The notes under the pieces: model-generated
What the model saw: the letters and a program-made list of their open reading frames with translations, nothing else
Database searches by the model: none
Told to the model about the DNA's origin: nothing
Made by a program: the position numbers and the translations under genes
Assembly: GCF_038871235.1 (NCBI RefSeq)
Contig: NZ_JAVZIN010000007.1
Span: 6,617 to 70,616 of the forward strand
Length of the DNA stretch: 64,000 nucleotides
Source of the DNA: Candidatus Hadarchaeum sp.
GTDB lineage: Archaea > Hadarchaeota > Hadarchaeia > Hadarchaeales > Hadarchaeaceae
Reading direction: 5' to 3'
Part shown: one piece after another, positions 39,341-48,166 of the stretch
How the letters are laid out: each line of letters starts with the position of its first letter
Position numbering within the stretch: the stretch's first letter is position 1

Positions 39341-40237
39341 ATGGTTGGGGAGCGGTTGGCGATTAGAGTTGTTAAATCCAACGGTCAGATCGAGGATTTC
39401 CGCCCTGAGAAGATATTGCGCACGCTCCGGAGGGCGGGTGCCAACAGAAAGCTGGCTGAAGAGATAGTCAAAAAAATTGAGGCCAGTGTTTACGATGGGA
39501 TAACCACCAAGGAAATTTTAAGACTCGTTAAGGACATGATCTCCGAGCGGCAGCCTCCGGTGGCGATGCGCTACGACCTCAAGGATGCGATAATGCGCCT
39601 TGGCCCTGCAGGTTTCAACTTTGAAAACTTTGTTGCTGAACTGCTCCAGTGCTATGGGTACCAGACTAAGCTGAGGAGCATCGTTAAGGGGAGATGTGTG
39701 CAGCATGAAGTTGATGTGATAGCGGAGAAGACGGATGGTGATTTTATTCGTGCCATGATTGAGTGCAAGTACCACAACTTGCCCGGCGGCGCAGTGGGGC
39801 TGAAGGATGTTATGTACACCTACGCGCGCTTTTTGGACCTGAATGAGGCCGCCGAGCGTGGGGAAGGCAAATGGTTTGACGAGGTCTGGTTAGTTTCGAA
39901 CACCAAGGCCTCTAGCGATGCCACCAAGTATGCTGAGTGTCGCGGAATAAAGCTCATATGTTGGAGATATCCTCGGGGCTGTGGTTTGGAGAAGATGATC
40001 GAGCGGGAGGAGCTATATCCCGTTACAGTTTTGCGTTCTGTCGATAGAGCAACCTTGGAAAAATTGAGTTCCGCGGGGATCATTTTGGTTAAACAGTTGC
40101 TCACCTCCGAGCCGCGTCAGCTGGCTAGGACTGGACTGGGGAAGAAGCGTTTGAGCGCGTTGGTTTCGGAGGCTGAACAACTGTTGGGTAAGAAAAACGG
40201 GGTTGATCGCGCGGTCTCCAGATGTGCTATAGTTTAA
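39341..40237 (+). CDS. ATP-cone domain fused to an Mrr-like PD-(D/E)xK nuclease domain and a C-terminal HhH-like tail
   Basis: ATP-cone-like N-terminus (IRVVKSNGQIEDFRPEKILRTLRRAG...ITTKEI). Nuclease core GFNFENFVAELL...EVDVIAEK...IECKYH (D...ExK). ATG at 39341 lies inside track ORF 39215..40237. Confidence 0.7.
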   Translation: MVGERLAIRVVKSNGQIEDFRPEKILRTLRRAGANRKLAEEIVKKIEASVYDGITTKEILRLVKDMISERQPPVAMRYDLKDAIMRLGPAGFNFENFVAELLQCYGYQTKLRSIVKGRCVQHEVDVIAEKTDGDFIRAMIECKYHNLPGGAVGLKDVMYTYARFLDLNEAAERGEGKWFDEVWLVSNTKASSDATKYAECRGIKLICWRYPRGCGLEKMIEREELYPVTVLRSVDRATLEKLSSAGIILVKQLLTSEPRQLARTGLGKKRLSALVSEAEQLLGKKNGVDRAVSRCAIV

Positions 40238-42542
40238 ACTTCATCTGAGAGGCGGCCACCGCTTGTCCCACCGAGAGGCAGCCGTCACCCGGTGGTAGAA
40301 GTTCATGGCGGATGAATTTTAATCCAGCCTTTTCCACCTCTTTTCTCAAGGCAACGGTAATCGCCCGGTTACAGAAGACTCCGCCAGAAGCCCCGATAAC
40401 CTCGATTCCTTCGGATCTTGCCACTTCAAGGGCAATCTGGCCCAGCCCACGGGCAATTGCCAGCTGAGCCGCGGCAGCGATGTGCTTTCTCGGGATGTGT
40501 TTTTTCATGGCAGAAATGATATCGAGTAACAATTTAGAAGTGTTTAAGATCAATTTTCCATCAACTTTTTCGATATGGGGTTCTATTTTGGCCTCGCCGG
40601 GCTCACCACCTCCTGCGGCAGCCTCCAGTTTTATAGCGGGCTCGCCCTCATAGGTCCGCTGGCAGCATATTCCCAGCAGACAGGAGATGGCGTCCAAAAC
40701 CCGGCCGCAACTGCTGCTCAGGAAAATGTTGAATTTTCTTTTCAATTGATGAAGGACCACTTCCCGTTCCTTTTCTCCGTGCTTAAAGCCGTTCGGGCAG
40801 TATTCCCTGAGGAGACGGTCAAGCTCATCTTCCCTGATATGATCCCAGAGAATTCCAGCCACCATTCTGGCCGGGTATACCGCCGCCAGATCACCGCCTG
40901 GCATCATTTGTTTCATCAGGCCCCCTCGATGCTCGTAAGAGTCGAGTCTGGCCACCATGATCTCTCCACCCCAGGCCGTCCCGTCCGGCCCATAACCGAC
41001 GCCGTCCGCAGCAACGCCGATGAGTTCGTCGAGCCCGTGTTCAGCCATGAGTGCGCAGAGGTGAGCGTGATGGTGCTGGACGGAGATGGTGCTGGCTTGG
41101 AAAGCCTCCGCCAGCTTAGGGGCAACGCGGGAAGTTGAGTAGCTAGGGTGCAGGTCGTGGGCCACAAGATCAACTTTTTTCAGGCCCAGCAGGTGCATCA
41201 GTCTACCGATGGCCTCCTGTAAGTAGTCAAGGGTTTCGAGCTTGGAGGTGTCCCCGATGTGCTGGCTGGGAAAACATCTGTTGCCGATTAAAATTGAGGC
41301 AGTGACGTTAAGGTCTCCCCCAAGCGCGAGCACGGCTGTCCGGCTGTTGAAGGACAACTGAATGGGCTCGGGGACGAATCCGCGCGATCGCCTTAGGAAA
41401 GCAGGTTTACCCTCAATCATTTTGACTACTGAGTCGTCGCACCTGTTGACGATGACTCGGTTGTGCAGCAGCAGGTAATCAACGACATTTCGGAGTTTCT
41501 CTAGGGCTGCGCCATTGTCCACGATCATGGGGAGGCCGGTCACGTTGGCGCTCGTCATCACATAGGCGGGATCCTTGCCCATAGCTAGGAGCAAGTGGTG
41601 GATTCCGGAGTAAGGGAGCATTACCCCGACGGTATCGAGTCCTGGAGCCACCAGCTCGGACAGGTAGTAATTGTGGGAGCGTTTCAGGATGACGATGGGC
41701 CGGCGGTAGGAGGTGAGCATTTCCGCCTCTTCCGGCGAGACTTCAGCAAACGTTCTCACCCTCTCCAGATTTCTCGCCATCACTGCGAATGGCTGCTGGG
41801 GGTGGTCGAACTCCCTTCTGAGCCGTTGCAGCACACCGTCGTCGGTGGTCTTAGCTGCGATGTGAATGCCTCCTATTCCCTTCACGGCAACTAAATATCC
41901 CTCATCAAGCAGGCGCGCGGCTTCAGCAATCGGGTCTTCACTAACAACGATTTCACCGTTGGAGTGATACAGCTTCATGCGCGGCCCGCAGCTAGGACAG
42001 GCGATGGGCTCGGCGTGATATCTCCTATCGGCTGGATTCTGATACTCGCGCAGGCAGTCCGGACACAACGGGAAGAATTTCATCGAAGTTCTGACCCGGT
42101 CGTAGGGAAGCTCTTCAATAATAGTGAATCTTGGGCCACAGTTGACGCAAGTAATGAACGGGTAGTTATGCCTTCGGTCATTTTTATCGAACATTTCGCT
42201 AAGGCAATCCTCGCAGAGGGCAAGGTCTGGAGGGATAACTGAAGGAAGGCCCAATATCTTTTTTTCGCTTGGTTGGACCTGAAAATCTTGAAATTGCTTG
42301 GATGGCGGTTGCCAGAAAATAGCTAGCGATTCAATCCTTGAAAGCGGAGGTTTTTCAGACCGGAGCGCTTGAATGAATTCCAAAATTTTTCCTTTGTCTC
42401 CCTCAACTACTATCTGAACTCCAGCATCGCCCATATTGCGAACGAATCCCAGAAGGCGATGTTTAATTGCCAGCCGGTAGACGAACGGCCTGAATCCCAC
42501 GCCTTGGACGATGCCGCTGACCTGAATTTCAGCCCTTTCCAT
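40227..42542 (-). CDS. hypF: [NiFe]-hydrogenase maturation carbamoyltransferase HypF
   Basis: 771 aa. Acylphosphatase domain (VQGVGFRPFVYRLA), two CxxC-x18-CxxC zinc fingers, and YrdC-like and Kae1-like domains. Confidence 0.95.
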   Translation of the reverse strand: MERAEIQVSGIVQGVGFRPFVYRLAIKHRLLGFVRNMGDAGVQIVVEGDKGKILEFIQALRSEKPPLSRIESLAIFWQPPSKQFQDFQVQPSEKKILGLPSVIPPDLALCEDCLSEMFDKNDRRHNYPFITCVNCGPRFTIIEELPYDRVRTSMKFFPLCPDCLREYQNPADRRYHAEPIACPSCGPRMKLYHSNGEIVVSEDPIAEAARLLDEGYLVAVKGIGGIHIAAKTTDDGVLQRLRREFDHPQQPFAVMARNLERVRTFAEVSPEEAEMLTSYRRPIVILKRSHNYYLSELVAPGLDTVGVMLPYSGIHHLLLAMGKDPAYVMTSANVTGLPMIVDNGAALEKLRNVVDYLLLHNRVIVNRCDDSVVKMIEGKPAFLRRSRGFVPEPIQLSFNSRTAVLALGGDLNVTASILIGNRCFPSQHIGDTSKLETLDYLQEAIGRLMHLLGLKKVDLVAHDLHPSYSTSRVAPKLAEAFQASTISVQHHHAHLCALMAEHGLDELIGVAADGVGYGPDGTAWGGEIMVARLDSYEHRGGLMKQMMPGGDLAAVYPARMVAGILWDHIREDELDRLLREYCPNGFKHGEKEREVVLHQLKRKFNIFLSSSCGRVLDAISCLLGICCQRTYEGEPAIKLEAAAGGGEPGEAKIEPHIEKVDGKLILNTSKLLLDIISAMKKHIPRKHIAAAAQLAIARGLGQIALEVARSEGIEVIGASGGVFCNRAITVALRKEVEKAGLKFIRHELLPPGDGCLSVGQAVAASQMKFKL

Positions 42543-42684
42543 CTCTCTCCCTTTAATTCCAGTTTTTCAGATAATAAATTGAACGTGACGCTAATCGCGT
42601 TTAATTGAACCAAATCTAGTCGGTAGATATTTTATTGGATATTGAGATCGGTTCGGTATCATCGATTTTTTTCGATTCTGAGGT

Positions 42685-43575
42685 TTATGGTATCCCGAAT
42701 TTTTGGCACTGTTCGTCAACCATTCTTTGGATCTGAGCTATTTCCTCGTCGGTCAGGTGCCTGAATCTTCCCTGCATTTTCAGGTAATCGGCGATAGGCC
42801 TTCTTTTGGTGGGCTTGAAAGTGACGTTTATCTTGCCGGCTTCATATTCGTAGAGGACCCAAGCCCCAGTGAGCACAGCTAGGCGAGCCACCTCTATTGA
42901 CTTGCTGCTTTCTATCCTCCAACCAGGAACGCAGGGCGCGTGAACATGTACGTAAGTCGGCCCCTTGATTGACGCTGCTTTTTTTAACTTTTTCTGAAAG
43001 TCAATTGGATAGGCAACAGAAGCCGTGGCCACGTAAGGGGCTCCGTGAGCAATTATTATCGCAGGTATATCTTTTTTCGGCCGATCCTCACCTTTTTTCA
43101 CCTTTCCGACCGGTGTTGTGGTAGTCCAAGCCCCGAAGGGAGTGGCCCCGCTGCGCTGTATTCCAGTGTTCATGTAAGCCTCATTGTCATAGCAGATGTA
43201 GAGCATGTCTTCCCAGCGCTCCACAGCACCCGAGAGGGCCTGCAGGCCTATGTCCGCAGTCCCACCGTCGCCTGCTATAGCCACTGCTTTAACGTCGTTT
43301 TTGCCCAGCACCTTCAGCGCGCGAGAAACACCGGAAGCCACGGCAGCAGCATTTTCAAAGGCAACGTGAATCCAAGGGACCCTCCAAGCAGTTTGGGGAT
43401 AGGGGCTGGTGACTATCTCCATGCAGCCGGTGGCCTCACTGATGATGACGTTTTTGCCCAGCGCCTTCAGCGCGTGCCGCAGCGAGAGCACACAGGCGCA
43501 ACCAGCACAAGCCCTGTGTCCCGGAGCCAGCAGCTCCAGATCTGAGATGTCTTTCATTCCATCACTCCTCGACAA
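42685..43575 (-). CDS. porB: Pyruvate-type 2-oxoacid:ferredoxin oxidoreductase, beta subunit
   Basis: 296 aa. ThDP-binding GDGG and Cys ligands (CAGCAC...ATGC). Confidence 0.9.
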   Translation of the reverse strand: MSRSDGMKDISDLELLAPGHRACAGCACVLSLRHALKALGKNVIISEATGCMEIVTSPYPQTAWRVPWIHVAFENAAAVASGVSRALKVLGKNDVKAVAIAGDGGTADIGLQALSGAVERWEDMLYICYDNEAYMNTGIQRSGATPFGAWTTTTPVGKVKKGEDRPKKDIPAIIIAHGAPYVATASVAYPIDFQKKLKKAASIKGPTYVHVHAPCVPGWRIESSKSIEVARLAVLTGAWVLYEYEAGKINVTFKPTKRRPIADYLKMQGRFRHLTDEEIAQIQRMVDEQCQKFGIP

Positions 43576-44740
43576 GTTTTTCCTGAAGGCCCAGCCATCT
43601 GACTTTTTCTTTCACCTCTCCCGTTTCAGCGGCTTTCTGAGTTTCTCTGACCGCCTGCTCGATCTGGGCCGAGGTAACATCCCGTCCCGCTAGGCCACAG
43701 ATGAAGTTGATCATCAATGGAGCTTGTTTAGTATTGGCGAAAGCCGCCGCCGTGTCGATGAAAAGGCCTCCAGCATATCCCAGTGAGATGTCCTTTTCTA
43801 GCACCGCGACCGCTTTGGACTGCCCTAACGTTTCTACTATTTCATCGGTTGGGAAGGGACGGAATGATTTTAGCTTGACCAACCCCACCTTCTCTCCCTT
43901 GCTTCTTAAGTTGTCCACAACGTCCCTTGCGCTGCTGCTGAGCGAGCCCATGGTCAGTATCATCACCTCGGCATCATCGCAGCAGTATTTTTCCATAATC
44001 CCATAACCTCGGCCGAAGCGTTTCTTAAACTCTTCGTCAACTTTAAGGATCTTGGCCTTGGCTCCCTGAACGGCTTTCTGGAGCAGATACCTGAACTCCA
44101 TGTAGTATTCTGGCACGCCGACGGCGCCCATCGTAACTGGCTTATCTGGATCGAGCGCGTAGGGATAGTGATAAGGTGGTAGAAAGGCATCAACTTCCGT
44201 CTGCTCCGGGCAGTCCACTGGTTCGAGAGTATGGGAGAGGATATAGCCGTCGTAGCAGATCATGACCGGAAGTAAAAGTTCCTCGGCTATGCGGAAGGCC
44301 TGAATGGTGGTGTCAAGGATCTCTTGGTTGTTTTCACAATAAAGTTGAATCCAGCCAGAGTCCCGCACCGTCATCGAGTCCTGTTGGTCACACCAGATGC
44401 TAAGAGGCGCGGAAACCGAACGATTGGCGTTGGTCATAACTATAGGAAGCCTGAGACCTGAGGCGACGTAGAGCATCTCGTTCATGAGAAGAAGTCCTTG
44501 GGATGATGTGGCCGTGAAAGCACGGACACCTGTGGCCGCAGCGCCGATGCAGGCGCTCATGGCGCTGTGCTCGGATTCCACCTTTATGAATTCGGCGTCC
44601 AATTCTCCGTTTGAAACGTATTCCGCTAGCTTCTCAACAACTGTGGTCTGAGGCGTAATCGGATAGGCCGAGATGACTTTTACCCGGGACAGCTTAGCGG
44701 CAAGCGCAACCGCCTCGTTTCCATCCATTATCTGCTTCAT
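43562..44740 (-). CDS. porA: Pyruvate-type 2-oxoacid:ferredoxin oxidoreductase, alpha subunit
   Basis: 392 aa. GNEAVALAA...YPITPQT. Confidence 0.9.
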   Translation of the reverse strand: MKQIMDGNEAVALAAKLSRVKVISAYPITPQTTVVEKLAEYVSNGELDAEFIKVESEHSAMSACIGAAATGVRAFTATSSQGLLLMNEMLYVASGLRLPIVMTNANRSVSAPLSIWCDQQDSMTVRDSGWIQLYCENNQEILDTTIQAFRIAEELLLPVMICYDGYILSHTLEPVDCPEQTEVDAFLPPYHYPYALDPDKPVTMGAVGVPEYYMEFRYLLQKAVQGAKAKILKVDEEFKKRFGRGYGIMEKYCCDDAEVMILTMGSLSSSARDVVDNLRSKGEKVGLVKLKSFRPFPTDEIVETLGQSKAVAVLEKDISLGYAGGLFIDTAAAFANTKQAPLMINFICGLAGRDVTSAQIEQAVRETQKAAETGEVKEKVRWLGLQEKLVEE

Positions 44741-44997
44741 GTCTTACATTCCTCCTTCATGGTTATGGCTTTTACCGGGCATTCGTTGGCGCAGATACCG
44801 CAGCCCTTGCAATACCTGAGATCTATCTTGGGTGGTTTTCCCTTGGATATCGCCATTTCCGGGCAGAAGAGCCAGCAGATGCCACAGCCGGTGCATTTGG
44901 CTGGGTCTATGCTAGGACAGAAAACCCTCCATTCACCTGTCTCATAACTTTCGGCGTTTCCGGGTTCAGTTATTATGGCTCCGGGTTTAAGCTTCAT
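44737..44997 (-). CDS. porD: 2-oxoacid:ferredoxin oxidoreductase delta subunit (2x[4Fe-4S] ferredoxin)
   Basis: 86 aa with [12 protein letters not shown] and [12 protein letters not shown]. Confidence 0.9.
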   Translation of the reverse strand: MKLKPGAIITEPGNAESYETGEWRVFCPSIDPAKCTGCGICWLFCPEMAISKGKPPKIDLRYCKGCGICANECPVKAITMKEECKT

Positions 44998-45536
44998 ACT
45001 ACCACCGTCTCTTCGTATGCTTGCCTAGCTGCGTTAATGTTCTTCTCAGCCATTTTTCCAAATCTCTTTTCAATCACTTTCTGTATGGACTCCAACGAGA
45101 CCACACCGGTAGCTTTTGCTAGAGCGCCGAGCATGGTGGTGTTGGTTATCGGCACACCAATGGCTTCAATTGAGATTTTAGTGGCATCAACAACGGCGAC
45201 CTTTACTCCCTTGAGATTTTTTGGGACCTCCTTGGAGTTCAGAATCACGACTCCGTTCGGTTTTAAACCCGCAGCCACGTCTATGGAACCGATAAGAGTT
45301 GGGTCTAGCACCACCACATAGTCCGGCCTGTAGACCTGTTCATGGGTGCGGATGGGTTGTTTATTTATTCTGGTGAAGGCCACGACTGGTGCCCCTCGTC
45401 TTTCCGCTCCAAAGAAGGGAAAAGCCTGACAATAGTTTCCCTCAAGGAAAGAGGCCTCCGCCAATAGCCGCGCCGCGGTGACGGCGCCCTGCCCGCCCCT
45501 GCCGTGAAATCTTATCTCTATCGTGATAATCCCCAC
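44994..45536 (-). CDS. porG: 2-oxoacid:ferredoxin oxidoreductase gamma subunit
   Basis: 180 aa. [15 protein letters not shown]. Confidence 0.9.
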
Positions 45537-45670
45537 GCTCAGCTTTTACCAAACTCTGCTTACCTTTATAAATTTTAATCGGTGGGGTGAATATAATTTA
45601 AAATTAATCTTTAGCAGAAAATTTTCGAAAGTGATAAATAAAATAGGGTAAACCTTTATAGGGATTTTCA

Positions 45671-45817
45671 ATGGCTAAAAAGGGCGAAAAATATCGTTGT
45701 GAAAAATGTGGGGCAGTCGTCGTAATAGACGAAGAGTGCGGCTGTGCAGCCTGCGATTTGATCTGTTGCGGCGTGCCGATGAAGAAAGTCACAAAACCGG
45801 CTAAAAAGGCCAAGTAG
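45671..45817 (+). CDS. Desulforedoxin-like mini-protein (48 aa, 7 Cys)
   Basis: Not in the ORF track (below 60 aa). The translation is MAKKGEKYRCEKCGAVVVIDEECGCAACDLICCGVPMKKVTKPAKKAK. It matches the Dx / desulfoferrodoxin N-domain pattern Y.CE.CG.VV...CCG..M. A TATA-like CCTTTATAG lies about 20 nt upstream and an oligo-T tract lies downstream. Confidence 0.7.
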   Translation: MAKKGEKYRCEKCGAVVVIDEECGCAACDLICCGVPMKKVTKPAKKAK

Positions 45818-45833
45818 GTTCCTTTCTAGTTAT

Positions 45834-45848
45834 CTTTTTCTTTTTTTT
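45834..45848 (+). terminator. Oligo-T tract (archaeal-type terminator) after the Dx-like ORF
   Basis: CTTTTTCTTTTTTTT lies 17 nt after the stop codon. Confidence 0.45.
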
Positions 45849-45949
45849 GGCACTACTTACATTTTTAAAGCTAGGGATTTTGGAGTTTTTTGGGCGGCTG
45901 GGAATCGAAAAAGGTAAAAGTTTTAAAAACAACTTAAATTAGGTGAAAA

Positions 45950-46372
45950 ATGAAAGTGTCAAAGGAATTGTTAGATCTTTTAAACGATGCTATTGCTAGA
46001 GAACTTCAAGTCGCAATTCAGTACATGTGGCAACACGTAATGTGGGGCGGAGTGAAAGGTTTCGCAGTTAAGGATGAACTGAAGAAGATAGCGATAGTCG
46101 AGATGAAACACGCGGAGAAGATTGCGGAGCGGCTTTACTATCTTGGTGGAGTGCCAACTACCAAGCCCTCTCCGATAGTGGTGGGCAAGAACCTCAAGGA
46201 GATGATCGCCCAGGACATCAAGGATGAAGAAAACGCGATTTCTATGTACAAAAAGATAATCGAGCTGGCCAGAAAAGAAGGCGACGAAGTGACCAACTTA
46301 ATCTTTAGGCACATCCTTGAGGATGAGGAAGAACATCACGACACCTTTACGACGTTGATGGAAGAAATATAA
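45950..46372 (+). CDS. Bacterioferritin-like protein
   Basis: 140 aa. Ferroxidase ligand pattern (E in ARELQ, E.MKH in VEMKHAEKIAERL, E in DEENAI, EEEHH). The Met of EMKH corresponds to the Bfr heme ligand position. SD AGGTGA upstream. Confidence 0.8.
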   Translation: MKVSKELLDLLNDAIARELQVAIQYMWQHVMWGGVKGFAVKDELKKIAIVEMKHAEKIAERLYYLGGVPTTKPSPIVVGKNLKEMIAQDIKDEENAISMYKKIIELARKEGDEVTNLIFRHILEDEEEHHDTFTTLMEEI

Positions 46373-46506
46373 GTTTGGTTCTAATCCGGTAGAAAATATA
46401 AAAATATTTTTTTGTTTTTTAAATCAGCGATGGTGCTAGGTAATTTTCGAGCTAAGAAAAGATTTTAAGTTTTCCGTGAATTAAATTTTGAGGAATTCAA
46501 ACGCAG

Positions 46507-46779
46507 ATGAACCATGTCGAGGGAAAGAAAAGGGGGCGCATATTTCTTTTTGCCCTGAGCACGTGCGTCTGGTGCGCCAAAACAAAGAAGCTTTTAGACG
46601 ACCTAGGTGTGGATTATTACTACGTGGATGTAGATCTTCTTAAGGGTGAAAGCAGAGAAGAGGCGCTGAAGGAGATGGAGCGCTGGAATCCCAAGAGATC
46701 TTTCCCCACGCTGGTGATAAACGACCGGCACATCGTTGGCTTTGATGAGAAGAAGATAAAAGAGGCGCTAGCTGCGTGA
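46507..46779 (+). CDS. Glutaredoxin/NrdH-like thioredoxin-fold protein (CVWC)
   Basis: 90 aa. [16 protein letters not shown]...[11 protein letters not shown], a Grx-like fold with a CxxC active site. Confidence 0.8.
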   Translation: MNHVEGKKRGRIFLFALSTCVWCAKTKKLLDDLGVDYYYVDVDLLKGESREEALKEMERWNPKRSFPTLVINDRHIVGFDEKKIKEALAA

Positions 46780-47279
46780 AAGAGATCGCAGTTTCCCCAG
46801 AGGAAGTGAATAGGCTTTACGAGAAGTTAAAAAGAGAGGGCGAGGCCGCGGGTTATTACCTGAATGGTGATGTTGAGTTCGCGAAAAAACTGGTGAAGGG
46901 TTTGTTGATAAATGAGCAGAGATACGGTTACTGGTCCTGTCCGTGTAGGCTGGCTTCAGGTAAAAAGGAGGAAGACTTGGATATTATTTGTCCCTGTGAT
47001 TATAGAGATGCAGATCTAGTTGAATACGGATCCTGTTATTGCGGATTGTATGTCTCAAAGGAAGTGTTGGATGGTAACAAGGAGTTAAAATCAATACCGG
47101 AGAGAAGGCCTCCACCGGAAAAAAGAAAAATGTCAGAGGCAACCGTTGAGGGCCCCTTTTTACTCCCGCTCCCGGTCTGGAGATGCACCGTCTGCGGTTA
47201 TCTTTGTGCAAGGGAATCACCGCCGGAGATTTGTCCCATCTGCAAAGCAAAAAAGGATCGCTTTAAGAGGTTCATTTGA
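46776..47279 (+). CDS. Ferredoxin:thioredoxin reductase catalytic-subunit homolog fused to C-terminal rubredoxin
   Basis: WSCPCR...ICPCDY...CYCGLY (CPC...CPC...CYC, FTR-type cluster and disulfide motif), then WRCTVCGY...CPICKA (rubredoxin). GTG start overlaps the upstream TGA. Confidence 0.82.
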   Translation: MKEIAVSPEEVNRLYEKLKREGEAAGYYLNGDVEFAKKLVKGLLINEQRYGYWSCPCRLASGKKEEDLDIICPCDYRDADLVEYGSCYCGLYVSKEVLDGNKELKSIPERRPPPEKRKMSEATVEGPFLLPLPVWRCTVCGYLCARESPPEICPICKAKKDRFKRFI

Positions 47280-47317
47280 GAACGTCGGTGTGTCGCTACC
47301 AGTTCAATTCTCATCGA

Positions 47318-48166
47318 TCACATGAGCTGCAGAAGCGCCTGTTTTATTGAATTTGCTGGGTTTTCATCGGCAAGGATCCTGTCGCCCAGCAACTGTTTTT
47401 CATAGATTTGTTTTTCGACACGGTAGAAGATTCCCAGCGGCATTCTGTCTGTCTCCCCCGCCTTGCTCCATGCGGCTGAGAAGTTGGTATCATCATGTCC
47501 CTCTTTGTTTAGATCGTACATTTTGGGCAGATATTTTTCCCGAACAGGATTGAAAGTAACGCATTCCTGGATCACGTCGATAAAGCTGAAGCCGCGATGC
47601 CTTACTGCTTCCAGCATCATCCCTTTCAGGTGTTTTGAATCTCCGGAGAAGCCTCGAGCCACAAAGGTTGCGCCACAGGCGAGCATGAGTTGCAGAGGAT
47701 TGAGCGGGGTCTCGAAGCTACCCTTAGGCGCTGATTTTGTCCTAAAGCCAACTTTTGTCGTTGGAGTCACCTGCGAGGTCGTCAGGGCGAAGACCTCGTT
47801 GTCGTGCACGATGAGGGTAACGTCCAGATTTCTTCTGGCGGCGTGAACGACGTGGCTGATGCCCTCGGCGTAGGCATCGCCATCGCCGGCAAAGGCGATG
47901 ACTTTCAAACGTTGGTTAGCGACTTTTATCCCCATGGCCGGAGGCAGAACCCTCCCGTGGAGGCAGTAGAAGCTGTTGACGCGGAGATAATCTGAGATTT
48001 TACCGTGACAACCAACACCTGAGAGTACCACCACCTCCTCTGGCTTGACCTCTCCGGAGTTCACCAGTTCTGCTAGCACCTGTTTGGCCGTCACCAGTAT
48101 GCCGAAGTTATTGCAGCCAGGGCACCAGGTGTTCTTGGTCGGTGTGTCAAAATCCTTCATCTCCAT
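47318..48166 (-). CDS. korB: 2-oxoacid:ferredoxin oxidoreductase beta subunit (two-subunit type)
   Basis: 282 aa. WCPGCNNFG and GDGDAYAEG ThDP motif. Confidence 0.88.
   Translation of the reverse strand: MEMKDFDTPTKNTWCPGCNNFGILVTAKQVLAELVNSGEVKPEEVVVLSGVGCHGKISDYLRVNSFYCLHGRVLPPAMGIKVANQRLKVIAFAGDGDAYAEGISHVVHAARRNLDVTLIVHDNEVFALTTSQVTPTTKVGFRTKSAPKGSFETPLNPLQLMLACGATFVARGFSGDSKHLKGMMLEAVRHRGFSFIDVIQECVTFNPVREKYLPKMYDLNKEGHDDTNFSAAWSKAGETDRMPLGIFYRVEKQIYEKQLLGDRILADENPANSIKQALLQLM

Noticed and set aside
42661-42676. Inverted repeat ATCGA-T6-TCGAT between porB and hypF
   Set aside because: The stem is only 5 bp. For the minus-strand por operon the T-run would read as A's, so it does not fit an oligo-T terminator. 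It may be nothing.
45604-45813. 69-aa minus-strand ORF in the por/bfr intergenic region
   Set aside because: Antisense to the desulforedoxin-like mini-ORF, which has a specific Cys signature plus promoter and terminator context. The antisense product has no features.
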